A DNA stretch of 64,000 bases from Flavobacterium sp. (GCA_017984495.1 JAGNZI010000001.1:11926-75925), one strand, 5' to 3'. Shown: positions 32,347-41,960, counted from the first letter of the stretch. Notes: generated by a model not told the origin, from the sequence alone. Numbers and translations are program-made.

Positions 32347-32384
32347 ATAAAAAAAGTCCCGATAGCTATCGGGACTTTTTTTAT
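32347..32384. terminator. perfect 38-bp palindrome, probable bidirectional terminator
   Basis: ATAAAAAAAGTCCCGATAG|CTATCGGGACTTTTTTTAT between convergent genes. Confidence 0.85.
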
Positions 32385-32401
32385 GCGTGAAGTGCAATTG
32401 A

Positions 32402-35400
32402 TTAAGCATTTGCAGCTTCTTTGGTTTGTCTTGCAATTCGTCTATCGCGTAACCAGTACTTCACTCGTTTCACCAAGTAAAACATGACCGGTACCATAAC
32501 TAGTGTTAATACGGTAGCATAGGTCAATCCGAAGATGATCGTCCACGCCAGTGGTCCCCAGAAAATTACGTTATCTCCACCCATATACAAGTGTGGGTTA
32601 AATTCGGTAATTAAGGAGAAGAAATCAAAGTTTAATCCGATCGCCAATGGAATTAATCCCAAAACAGCCGTTAAAGCGGTCAATAATACAGGGCGTAAAC
32701 GCGATTTTCCTGATTCGATGATGACTTCTTTTATTTCTTCTAACGACAAATCATCATGGCTTTGTAATTGTTTATCCGCTACCTTTTTATCTAATAAGAG
32801 TACGAAGAAGTCCATCAATACAATTCCGTTTTTCACTACAATTCCGGCTAGCGATATAATTCCCATCATGGTCATTAGGATCACAAAATCCATATTGGCA
32901 ATCACATATCCGTAGAAAACGCCACTAAAACTTAATAGTACAGTAAATAAAATCACCATGGTTTTAGACACCGAATTGAATTGAAGTACAATAATAATTG
33001 TAATTCCGGCTAAGGCCAAGAACAGGGCATATAGTAAGAAACTTTGATTTTTCCCTTGCTCCTCTTGTACCCCAGAAAACGAATAACTCACTGTTTTTGG
33101 GAACGAATAGGTTTTTAACTCAGCAGCAATTTGCTTGGTAATTTCATCGCCATTGTAACCGGTTAATACATTAGAATAAACCGTCATGATGCGTTTCTGG
33201 TTTTTTCTTTTGATTTGATTATAAGTGGTCGTTTTATGGGTTTCGGATACAGCCGAAATAGGCACTTGCATCATTTGTCCATTGTTCTGATTTCTATACG
33301 TAAGCGATTGATTGAATAATACATCTTCATTCTTGCGTTGGTCATCTTGCATGCGCATCGTAATATTGTAGTCATCATCACCCTCTTTATACGTGGAGAT
33401 TTCCTGACCATACACCGAACGACGCAAATTAAATCCTAATTGGCCTGTAGAAACACCCAAGCTTCCCGCACTTACACGATCTACTTTTACTTCTAATTCC
33501 GGACTTTCTTTATTGACATCAACACTTAATCGTTCAATTCCGGGAATGTTTTTAGCATTTAAGTAAGCAATCATTTTATCGGCTTCTACCAACATTTCTT
33601 GGTAATCGTTACCTGTTAATTGAATACTAATAGGATAACCAGCTGGTGGTCCGTTGGCGTCTTTTTCTACCGTTACGGTTGCACCTGCAATACCTTTTAC
33701 TTTCGCACGAATTTCATCTAAAACTTCCGTAGTATTTACGCCTTTTCTAAATTTGTATTCCGAGAAATTAACAGTTACTTTCCCTTTGTAAGGCGTTTCT
33801 GAAGCCGAACCCGCATCTACATTTGGATTTCCAGCACCCACACCCACTTGCGAAACAATACTTTCGGCTAAGAAATTTTTATTGGTTTCTTTGTCCACAT
33901 ATTTTTCTAAGATGGCAATTACTTGTTTTTCCACAAAAAGTGTGGCTTTGTTCGTTTTTGCAATATCGGTTCCTTGTGGATATTCAATATACGTAATGAC
34001 TTGATTTGGAATATTATCAGGGAAAAACAATACTTTTCTTGGGAAAATTCCTAATAAAATAAACGAGAAAAATAACATTCCAATAATCGATCCTAATGCC
34101 AACCAAGCTCTTTTTCCAGTTAAAATTTTTGCCAAGAAATTTTTGTATTTATCTTCCATTTTTGGAAAAAAGTTGTGCTGAAAATCTTGCGTCCATTGGT
34201 ACAATTTGATTTTATACAACCACATTAATCCTAAGGAAATAATGGCCAAATGTCCGATGGCTTTTGCAACAGTGGTATCGGTAAGGTGACCAATGGTTAC
34301 AAAAACAATAGCCAACACACTGAAGACTACAGTATATAATTTTGCCGATTTATTAGACACATTGCGATCTTCGGTATCCATTGAACCACCTGTCATAGCT
34401 GCATTGACAACCATCGCTACAAATAATGATGCCGTTAATGTTACCGTTAAAGTGATTGGAAAATATTTCATGAATTTACCCATAGTCCCAGGCCACAAAG
34501 CAAAAGGCAAAAATGCCATTAAGGTTGTCGCTGTAGAAGAAATAACAGGCCAAGCGATTTCGCCAATCCCAATTTTGGAAGCGGATACTTTGTCCATGCC
34601 CTTTTTCATGTTGGCAAATACGTTATCAACCACTACAATTCCGTCGTCAACGAGCATTCCTAATCCCATTACCAATCCGAACAATACCATCGTATTCAAG
34701 GTCAATCCGAAAGCCGATAAAATGGTAAATGCCATTAACATAGAAAGTGGAATAGCTGCTCCTACAAACAGTGAATTTCGCAATCCCATGGTAAACATTA
34801 AGACAATCATTACCAGTACGATTCCGAAAATAATATGGTTGGATAATTCATCTACTTGATGTTCTACACGTGAAGACTGGTCATTCGAAAGTTCAAGAGT
34901 TAAATTAGAAGGCAAATAGGATGCTTTGGCTTTTTCCAATTTTTCTTTTACTTGTTCAATGGCAGAAATCATGTTTTGATTGGAACGTTTTTTTACGTTC
35001 AACATCACCACTTCTTGCCCTTTTTCACGGGCATAGGTTGTTTTTTCTTTTTCTTTAAAATTGACAACCGCAATGTCTTTTAAGTACACCGTTCCTCCGA
35101 AAGATTTTACAATGACATTTTCTAATTCTTTGGGATCTTTAATTTCACCCACAATTCGGATGTTATTTCGAGACCCTTGCGAAATTAGATTTCCGCCCGA
35201 AAGCGTCATATTTTCATACTTCACCGCATTTTGAATTTCGTCAAACGACACTTGAGCAGCCGTCATTTTGAAAATATCAACAGCAATTTCGACTTCTTTA
35301 TCATCAACACCTAAAATATCAACTTTTTTAACTTCTTTAATTTCTTCAATATCATCTTGAAGCAATTCTCCGTATTTTTTAAGTTGTTGTGTGGTGTAAT

Positions 35401-35878
35401 TTCCTTTTAAATTGATATTCAAAATCGGCACTTCTTCCGAAATATTCAATTCGAAAACACTTGGTTCAACTTTACTACCATTGTCCAAGTTAGGCCAATC
35501 GGTATCGGCTTTTATAACGTCAACTTTGTCTTTAATTTTGGTTTTTGCATCTTCAATAGTAACATTATCTGCAAACTCGACAATAATCATTCCGTAATCT
35601 TGAAACGAATTCGACGTAATTTTCTCTACTCCCGAAATGTTTTTAACTTCTTTTTCAAGGGGTTTAATAATTAATTTTTCAACATCTTCTGCTGAATTTC
35701 CTGGGAAAACAGAAGAAATGTATACTTTATTTTCGATAATTTCTGGGAAATCTTCACGAGGCATAGTGACGTAGGCAATGACACCTGTAATCACAATAAG
35801 CAGTGTTAAGATATATACTGTAACTCGATTGTCTACAGCCCAACTCGATATTCCGAATTCTTTGTTTTTATGTGACAT
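32402..35878 (-). CDS. RND efflux transporter permease (AcrB/AcrF family)
   Basis: PREDFP, GMLVDDGIVVVDN, GIVVKNGIV, RLRPVLLT; ATG at 35878. Confidence 0.93.
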   Translation of the reverse strand: MSHKNKEFGISSWAVDNRVTVYILTLLIVITGVIAYVTMPREDFPEIIENKVYISSVFPGNSAEDVEKLIIKPLEKEVKNISGVEKITSNSFQDYGMIIVEFADNVTIEDAKTKIKDKVDVIKADTDWPNLDNGSKVEPSVFELNISEEVPILNINLKGNYTTQQLKKYGELLQDDIEEIKEVKKVDILGVDDKEVEIAVDIFKMTAAQVSFDEIQNAVKYENMTLSGGNLISQGSRNNIRIVGEIKDPKELENVIVKSFGGTVYLKDIAVVNFKEKEKTTYAREKGQEVVMLNVKKRSNQNMISAIEQVKEKLEKAKASYLPSNLTLELSNDQSSRVEHQVDELSNHIIFGIVLVMIVLMFTMGLRNSLFVGAAIPLSMLMAFTILSAFGLTLNTMVLFGLVMGLGMLVDDGIVVVDNVFANMKKGMDKVSASKIGIGEIAWPVISSTATTLMAFLPFALWPGTMGKFMKYFPITLTVTLTASLFVAMVVNAAMTGGSMDTEDRNVSNKSAKLYTVVFSVLAIVFVTIGHLTDTTVAKAIGHLAIISLGLMWLYKIKLYQWTQDFQHNFFPKMEDKYKNFLAKILTGKRAWLALGSIIGMLFFSFILLGIFPRKVLFFPDNIPNQVITYIEYPQGTDIAKTNKATLFVEKQVIAILEKYVDKETNKNFLAESIVSQVGVGAGNPNVDAGSASETPYKGKVTVNFSEYKFRKGVNTTEVLDEIRAKVKGIAGATVTVEKDANGPPAGYPISIQLTGNDYQEMLVEADKMIAYLNAKNIPGIERLSVDVNKESPELEVKVDRVSAGSLGVSTGQLGFNLRRSVYGQEISTYKEGDDDYNITMRMQDDQRKNEDVLFNQSLTYRNQNNGQMMQVPISAVSETHKTTTYNQIKRKNQKRIMTVYSNVLTGYNGDEITKQIAAELKTYSFPKTVSYSFSGVQEEQGKNQSFLLYALFLALAGITIIIVLQFNSVSKTMVILFTVLLSFSGVFYGYVIANMDFVILMTMMGIISLAGIVVKNGIVLMDFFVLLLDKKVADKQLQSHDDLSLEEIKEVIIESGKSRLRPVLLTALTAVLGLIPLAIGLNFDFFSLITEFNPHLYMGGDNVIFWGPLAWTIIFGLTYATVLTLVMVPVMFYLVKRVKYWLRDRRIARQTKEAANA

Positions 35879-35884
35879 ATTTTT

Positions 35885-35949
35885 AGTTTCAGGTTTCAAG
35901 TTTCAGGTTTAAGCGTTTTGAGAACAACTTGAAACCTTAAACTTGAAAC
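35885..35949. repeat. inverted pair of 7-bp tandem arrays (GTTTCAR)n ... (YTGAAAC)n
   Basis: GTTTCAG GTTTCAA GTTTCAG GTTTAAG, then spacer, then CTTGAAAC CTTAAAC TTGAAAC. Confidence 0.8.
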
Positions 35950-35958
35950 AATTATATT

Positions 35959-37098
35959 TTAGAAATTAAGCTTCATTCCTTCAGCAATGTTATTTACACC
36001 TTCGGTTATAATTACATCATTTGCCGCTAAACCGCTTAAAATTTCAGTTACATTGTTAGACGATTTACCCACTTTTACAAGTACTTTTTTTGCAATTCCT
36101 GTTTTGCCGTTTACTTGAGTAGCAATAAATACAAACTTTTGATGTTCCCCGTCTTCTTGCACTACATTAGTTGGTACCACAATGGCGTTGTTAACAGTGT
36201 AATCAATTATTTTTAGCTTAGCAACTTGGTTCGGACGCAATAAATTATCAGGGTTGGGCACACTTACTTCAATTCCGAAACTTCTGTTGTTTGGATTGAT
36301 AAAGTTAGCCACCTGGCGTACTTTTCCTTTATAGGTTTTTCCTAAAGACGTTAAGAATACAGCTACCTCAGTTCCAGGTTTTAATTTACCAATATAGGTT
36401 TCCGGAACGGTTGTAGATACATACATGTTGGATAAATTTACAATGCGCATTAATCCTTGTGGATTGGGAGCCACTACTTGTCCGCGTTCAACAAATACGT
36501 CATCAATTGTACCCGAGAAAGGAGCGCGAATAAGTGTTTTAGCTACTTGAGCTCTCATTTGAGCTACTGCTTTTTGAGCAGAGATCATTTGAGCTTGCGC
36601 TTGTAAAAACTGAATTTCAGAACCAATTTTTTTATCCCAAAGATTTTTTTGACGTTCGAAAGTAGTTTTGGCTAAGGCATATTGGTTTTCTATGCTCGCT
36701 AATTGCTGTCCCATTCCGGCGTCATCAATTTTCCCGAGCATTTGCCCTTTGGTAACGCGTTGTCCGGCTTTTACGTATAAGGCCGTTAACGTACCACTGA
36801 ATTCGGGCTGAACAACAATATTTTCTTTAGTATTTACATTTCCTTGAACTTCTAAATAATGATTGAAAACGGTGTCTTTTAAGGTCGCTGTCGTTACTAA
36901 AGCTTCCTCTTTTTTAACATCTAATTTCGCCAAGGCTTCATCAATTTTGGATAAATCGGCTTGAAGGGTCGCTTTTTTTGCTTGTAATTCAGCTACATTT
37001 TTGTTCGAAATTAATTGATCAACTGTTGCGTCATCTTCTTTTTTTGAGCACGCTAATACTGCTATGGATAGGGCGGTAATTACAATTATTTTTTTCAT
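35959..37098 (-). CDS. RND periplasmic adaptor (MFP) lipoprotein
   Basis: VLAC lipobox, lipoyl halves (V.AGQRV.KG; IRAPFSGTI), helical hairpin. Confidence 0.92.
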   Translation of the reverse strand: MKKIIVITALSIAVLACSKKEDDATVDQLISNKNVAELQAKKATLQADLSKIDEALAKLDVKKEEALVTTATLKDTVFNHYLEVQGNVNTKENIVVQPEFSGTLTALYVKAGQRVTKGQMLGKIDDAGMGQQLASIENQYALAKTTFERQKNLWDKKIGSEIQFLQAQAQMISAQKAVAQMRAQVAKTLIRAPFSGTIDDVFVERGQVVAPNPQGLMRIVNLSNMYVSTTVPETYIGKLKPGTEVAVFLTSLGKTYKGKVRQVANFINPNNRSFGIEVSVPNPDNLLRPNQVAKLKIIDYTVNNAIVVPTNVVQEDGEHQKFVFIATQVNGKTGIAKKVLVKVGKSSNNVTEILSGLAANDVIITEGVNNIAEGMKLNF

Positions 37099-37141
37099 GG
37101 GTCTATAATTATGTTTGTGAAATAGTGACTTTATTTATAAA

Positions 37142-38482
37142 TTAATTTACTAGTTTTTCCAGGGTCGCTTTTTTATTGATCACGTCAAGCATGGCTTGAA
37201 GATAGCTTTGTTGTGCACTGTATAATTGGCGTTGCGCTTCGGTTAAATCAAAACTACTGGCCAATCCCTCTTTGAATTTAATTTGATTTTTAGACTCGAT
37301 GCGTTCGGCTAAATTTAAATTGCTTTTGGAAGTTGCCAATTGTTCAATGCTAAACTCATAATCGCTTTTCGCTTTTGCAAACTGCAATTTTAATTTTTGT
37401 TCGGTTTCGGTTACCGAAGTTTTAGCTTGTTCTAAAGCAATTTTAGCTTGCTGTGTTCGAGAACTTCGTCCCAAACTACTGAATACAGGAACATTTAATC
37501 CAACGCCCACATTCGAAAAGTTATTCCATTTTTGAGTATTGTTTAAAAAATCGAATTGATTGGCAAATGAATTGTATCCAAAATTCAGCTGAGCGGCCAG
37601 TGAAGGTAAGGCTTTGCTCTGCTCTAATTTTAGTAGCAATAGTTTACTTTTTTCTATGTTTTTACCGATTTGGTAATCAATCGTATTTTCTGCCTGAAAT
37701 TCTTTTTTCAACAACGCCAGATCAATATTGTTTTGGGTCAAGGTATTCAACTGGTCCGTTAGCACTAATTCTTCTTCTAAATCGATTCCCAAAAGGAGTT
37801 TTAGTAAATCTACTGCCATTCTTTTTTGTCGTTTAACATTTTCCAACGAACTGGTTAAACTGGCTAAAGTAATTTGAAGTTGTTCTACATTTTCTTCTTC
37901 AATTAATCCGTTTTTAAAGATTTCTTTAGTATCGACAACTGTTTTTTCCAGAATTTTTTTATTGTTTTCTAGGATTTTAATGCTTTCATCGGCAAGCAAT
38001 ACATTGCCATACGAATTGATGACCATCTCTCTAATTTCCTGCGCCGTTTTTATTTTGGCGTTTTCAGAAATTTGCAAATAGGTTTTAGCAGATTGCAGTC
38101 CTACTAAATAAGAACCGTCAAAAATCAATTGGCTCAAGGTTAAATTTCCTATCGCTACATGTTTGGTTCCAAATGCTAGTAAAATAATGTCGTTTGGATT
38201 TGCTGTTGGATTAAATGCATTTGCGGCCGCTCCTTGTTTGGTAAATTCAAACGTGTTTTGATAATTTAGCGATCCATTAATTTGTGGCAACCCCATGGTT
38301 GTTGTTTCCCATTTTTTCTTTTTTGCCGCGGCAACATCTCTATTGGCGTTGATCATGGAATAATTGTTTTTCACCCCATGCTCTATGGCTTGTTCTAATG
38401 TGAAAGAAAAGGAAATTTTTGCTTCTTGTGCCCAAAGTGAGGAGACCATTAGAAGACAGAGTACAGTTAATTTTTGTTTCAT
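37142..38482 (-). CDS. TolC-family outer membrane efflux protein
   Basis: TLEQAI, LPQI, two OEP repeats; operon context. Confidence 0.9.
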   Translation of the reverse strand: MKQKLTVLCLLMVSSLWAQEAKISFSFTLEQAIEHGVKNNYSMINANRDVAAAKKKKWETTTMGLPQINGSLNYQNTFEFTKQGAAANAFNPTANPNDIILLAFGTKHVAIGNLTLSQLIFDGSYLVGLQSAKTYLQISENAKIKTAQEIREMVINSYGNVLLADESIKILENNKKILEKTVVDTKEIFKNGLIEEENVEQLQITLASLTSSLENVKRQKRMAVDLLKLLLGIDLEEELVLTDQLNTLTQNNIDLALLKKEFQAENTIDYQIGKNIEKSKLLLLKLEQSKALPSLAAQLNFGYNSFANQFDFLNNTQKWNNFSNVGVGLNVPVFSSLGRSSRTQQAKIALEQAKTSVTETEQKLKLQFAKAKSDYEFSIEQLATSKSNLNLAERIESKNQIKFKEGLASSFDLTEAQRQLYSAQQSYLQAMLDVINKKATLEKLVN

Positions 38483-38494
38483 ATGTTTATAATT

Positions 38495-39088
38495 CTAATG
38501 TAATAATTGTTCTAGTTTTTGAATTCCTTTTTCGGTACAAATGCCTCTTAAATGATATTCTAAATAAGCGATTTGTGTTGTTAGTGACGGAAATTCGTCA
38601 GGGGGAAATAGTTCAGTATTTTTTAAACTGGTCATGCCGGCAAAATAAAAGCGTGCAATTAATGAGGTGTTAATTTCATTTCTAAATAACCCTTGAGCAA
38701 TCCCTTTTTCTAAATTAACAATTACACAATCGCCCATTTTATCAAATTGCCGTATCATTAATGATTTATGTATTTTCGGATAATATTTTTGCAATTGATG
38801 GATAGGGGAAGCGCTTTCGTTTTTTAAGTTTTTCATGACAAAATCTTTAATCAAAAACAACTCTTCCACCGGATTGTTCCCCAAAGCACAAATTTGATCA
38901 ATTCCACACGATATGGTTTCAAACAAATGCATTGTTGAGGCCTCTACCAATTGATCTTTATTGCTATAATGTTGGTAAATGGTTTTTTTTGAAATACCCA
39001 TTTCTGTCGCAATATCATCCATAGTAACACTTTTGAATCCGAGTGTTAAAAAGAGGTCTGTTGCTTTACGTAAAATTTGGTCTTTCAT
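38495..39088 (-). CDS. TetR/AcrR family regulator
   Basis: GFKSVTMDDIA.EMGISKKTIYQHYSNK helix-turn-helix. Confidence 0.93.
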   Translation of the reverse strand: MKDQILRKATDLFLTLGFKSVTMDDIATEMGISKKTIYQHYSNKDQLVEASTMHLFETISCGIDQICALGNNPVEELFLIKDFVMKNLKNESASPIHQLQKYYPKIHKSLMIRQFDKMGDCVIVNLEKGIAQGLFRNEINTSLIARFYFAGMTSLKNTELFPPDEFPSLTTQIAYLEYHLRGICTEKGIQKLEQLLH

Positions 39089-39110
39089 TACTGTTTTTTT
39101 GTCTTGAAGT

Positions 39111-39175
39111 AAAACTATTATAGTTTTGTTCGCGGCAAAGATACACCGGAAACTATTAACACAAAAATAGTTTCC
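39111..39175. promoter_or_regulatory. two palindromic operators flanking the tetR -7 box
   Basis: AAAACTA-TTA-TAGTTTT (39111-39127), TATCTTTG on - (39136-39143), GGAAACTATT-N8-AATAGTTTCC (39148-39175). Confidence 0.6.
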
Positions 39176-39256
39176 ATAGTTTTTACGTAAATTTAACAGT
39201 TGATTAATTTGTTCCGTTTCAGATTATTGAAGTAAATTAGCCAAAAATTCAGCAGT

Positions 39257-40231
39257 ATGCATTCAGTTTCCTACTATCAAGAAAAAGTGAGCCATCATTT
39301 TTCACAAATTGTGGCCCATAAAGAACCCAAAAATTTATACGAGCCCATTCAATATATTTTGTCGTTGGGTGGAAAACGAATGCGACCGGTTTTGACCTTA
39401 ATGGCTACTGAAGTATTTAATGTATCTTGTGAAAAGGCTATTCCCGCGGCTACTGCCATTGAAGTATTTCATAACTTTTCATTAATTCACGATGACATTA
39501 TGGACGATGCTCCGTTGCGCAGAGGGCATCAAACCGTTCATGAAAAATGGGATTTGAATACGGGAATATTGTCGGGTGATGCGATGCTTATACTAGCGTA
39601 CCAATTCTTTGAAAATTACAAACCCGAAACCTTTCAAAAATTAGCAAAATTATTCAGTAAAACGGCTTTAGAAGTTTGCGAAGGACAGCAATACGATGTC
39701 GATTTTGAGCTGCGAAACGATGTCACGATTCCTGAATATCTAAAAATGATCGAATACAAAACGGCCGTATTGGTTGGCGCTGCTATGAAAATGGGAGCAA
39801 TCGTAGCCGAAACTTCCGATGAAAACGCCAATTTAATCTATGATTTTGGATTGAATTTAGGCCTTGCCTTTCAATTACAAGACGATTATTTAGATGCCTT
39901 TGGAAACCCGGAAACCTTTGGCAAACAAGTAGGAGGCGACATTATTGAAAATAAAAAAACCTATTTGTATTTAAAAGCTATGCAATTTGCAGATGGAGAA
40001 ACCCAGCAACTATTGGCGCATTTATTTGCAAGTCAGCCTACAGATAGTCAAGAAAAAATAGCTACAGTTACCGGTATTTTTAATGCGTCGGGTGCTAGTG
40101 AGGCCACCCAAAAAGCCATTCAAGAGTACACCTTTAAAGCGTTTGAAACCCTAGAAAAAATGGATATTTCGCCCGACAAGAAAGTTATTTTGAAAGCTTT
40201 TGGCGAGAGTTTAATGGGGAGAAACGTGTAA
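39257..40231 (+). CDS. polyprenyl diphosphate synthase
   Basis: GGKRMRP, LIHDDIMD..LRRG (first aspartate-rich motif), GQQYD, FQLQDDYLD (second). Confidence 0.93.
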   Translation: MHSVSYYQEKVSHHFSQIVAHKEPKNLYEPIQYILSLGGKRMRPVLTLMATEVFNVSCEKAIPAATAIEVFHNFSLIHDDIMDDAPLRRGHQTVHEKWDLNTGILSGDAMLILAYQFFENYKPETFQKLAKLFSKTALEVCEGQQYDVDFELRNDVTIPEYLKMIEYKTAVLVGAAMKMGAIVAETSDENANLIYDFGLNLGLAFQLQDDYLDAFGNPETFGKQVGGDIIENKKTYLYLKAMQFADGETQQLLAHLFASQPTDSQEKIATVTGIFNASGASEATQKAIQEYTFKAFETLEKMDISPDKKVILKAFGESLMGRNV

Positions 40232-40277
40232 CAATATGCCAATTTATTAATTTGATAATGTGTCAATAATACTGTAA

Positions 40278-40631
40278 ATGAATTTTATAAATCCAATAGA
40301 TATTGACGCCTTAATTTCGCAAGCCGAAGAAGAAGCCTTGTACTTTAAACTGATTGAGCAGGTCAACAAAGATTTTGCTTTGGCAAACGAACCCCTAGAT
40401 GTCCCGGCGAGTATTTTTCCGTTTGAGTTTAAAAATTTAGTGCAAGAAAAAATCTACAAACTCATTCAATACAAATTTGCTGAATATTTGAATTTGTTAT
40501 ATATCATTGACGTATCGGAAGAACAGATCAAAAAATTAGACGGTTCTGATTTGGTAGAATTATCGGAACAAGTTGCTTTTTTGGTACTCAAACGGGAGTG
40601 GCAAAAGGTGTGGTTTCGGAACAAGTATTAA
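40278..40631 (+). CDS. conserved hypothetical protein
   Basis: Clean 117-aa ORF with NLLYIIDVSE and KREWQKVWFR. Confidence 0.7.
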   Translation: MNFINPIDIDALISQAEEEALYFKLIEQVNKDFALANEPLDVPASIFPFEFKNLVQEKIYKLIQYKFAEYLNLLYIIDVSEEQIKKLDGSDLVELSEQVAFLVLKREWQKVWFRNKY

Positions 40632-41960
40632 TTAGTCCAATTCACTTTTCAAGATCACTTTATGCCATAATTCTATGCCATCTTTGTTGAATAAGGTTAG
40701 TTTAAGTTGTCTTTTCTCCTTTTTTCCAGAAAAAGAAATCATACCAAAGCAGTTTTCGGCAAACAAACTTCCTTCAACCCTATTTGTATTTATGTCGTCT
40801 TTATAGGATGTGCCAATCCCAGAGGTTAATGGCGAAACGGTCCAATCATAAATCGCGGTAGTTTCAGTAACAGCAATTTTAGATAATTCTGAAAAATGCC
40901 TATCGCCACTTAGAAATACAACGCCTTTTATGTTGTTCGCTTTAATTTGATCTAATAAATATTTTTTTTCTTCATTATAACACGCATAATTTTCAAATCT
41001 TGCGGCAGTATTTAACACTTGACCGCCAATTGCAATAATTTTGAAGGATGCTTTAGATGAAGACAGCGCATCGATTAACCACTCAAGTTGTTCCTTTCCT
41101 AATATCGTTCTTTCCCCTGTTTTTCTGTCGTTTGGAGATTTAAAAAAACGATTGTCTAAAAGAAAAAAATCGGCATCCGACCAATTAAACACAGAATGAA
41201 TACCTTCTTTCTGCAGCGCGTCTAAGCCATAGGATTTATTTGCCCAAAAGTCTTTAAATGCTTGCTGTGTAAGGTGTTTGTTGTAAAAGCTTCTATCGCT
41301 ATCATTTGACCCAAAATCGTGGTCATCCCAAATGGCAAAATTTTGTGTTTTTGCTAACAAAGGTTGTAGTTCTTTTAGGGAACGCGAATGGGTGTAACGG
41401 TGATAAATTCCTGTTTTACTATCCCAATCAGCTTCTCTCAAATAGATGTTGTCTCCCAGCCAAAGCATAATATCTGGATTTTTATTCGCTATAGATTCAA
41501 AAATGGAATAATTGGAACCATAGCCTTTACCAGGCCGATCTACGGCTTCTTCATTGACGTATGCGCAGCTACCAAGAGCAATTGTAAAATCGGGAGCTTG
41601 TTCTCTCCATTGCCATATTTTTTTGGAAGTGAATGACGTTTCATAGGGAAACGTAATTTTCTTTTTATCCACAAAAATGGTGTACAGGTATTTTTTACCA
41701 GGGCTCAATTCATTCAATAAAATATGACAGGTAAAAGCATTTTCAGCTCGGGTTGGATACGAGGCACTTTTAAATATTTTTGTAGGATTTTCCTTTTCAA
41801 AATATTCAATCTCGACCACAGCGTCACGTGTTGTTTGCAGCCATATCATAGCTTCTTTCATTTCGCAATAGCCAACCATTGGTCCCGATTTTATTTCATT
41901 TTGAGCGGAAATTGATGCGGAAGCAATTAGGGCGAATAGGCAATAAATAATATGTTTCAT
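40632..41960 (-). CDS. alkaline phosphatase D family protein
   Basis: GSC, LGDNIY, WDDHD, LLDNR, LSGDRH; signal peptide from the ATG at 41960. Confidence 0.85.
   Translation of the reverse strand: MKHIIYCLFALIASASISAQNEIKSGPMVGYCEMKEAMIWLQTTRDAVVEIEYFEKENPTKIFKSASYPTRAENAFTCHILLNELSPGKKYLYTIFVDKKKITFPYETSFTSKKIWQWREQAPDFTIALGSCAYVNEEAVDRPGKGYGSNYSIFESIANKNPDIMLWLGDNIYLREADWDSKTGIYHRYTHSRSLKELQPLLAKTQNFAIWDDHDFGSNDSDRSFYNKHLTQQAFKDFWANKSYGLDALQKEGIHSVFNWSDADFFLLDNRFFKSPNDRKTGERTILGKEQLEWLIDALSSSKASFKIIAIGGQVLNTAARFENYACYNEEKKYLLDQIKANNIKGVVFLSGDRHFSELSKIAVTETTAIYDWTVSPLTSGIGTSYKDDINTNRVEGSLFAENCFGMISFSGKKEKRQLKLTLFNKDGIELWHKVILKSELD

Noticed and set aside
34293-34859. 188-aa plus-strand ORF, and similar antisense ORFs at 7313-7771, 12573-13061, 45603-46109 and 55986-56489
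   Set aside because: These are shadow frames opposite well-supported genes and have no recognisable motifs.
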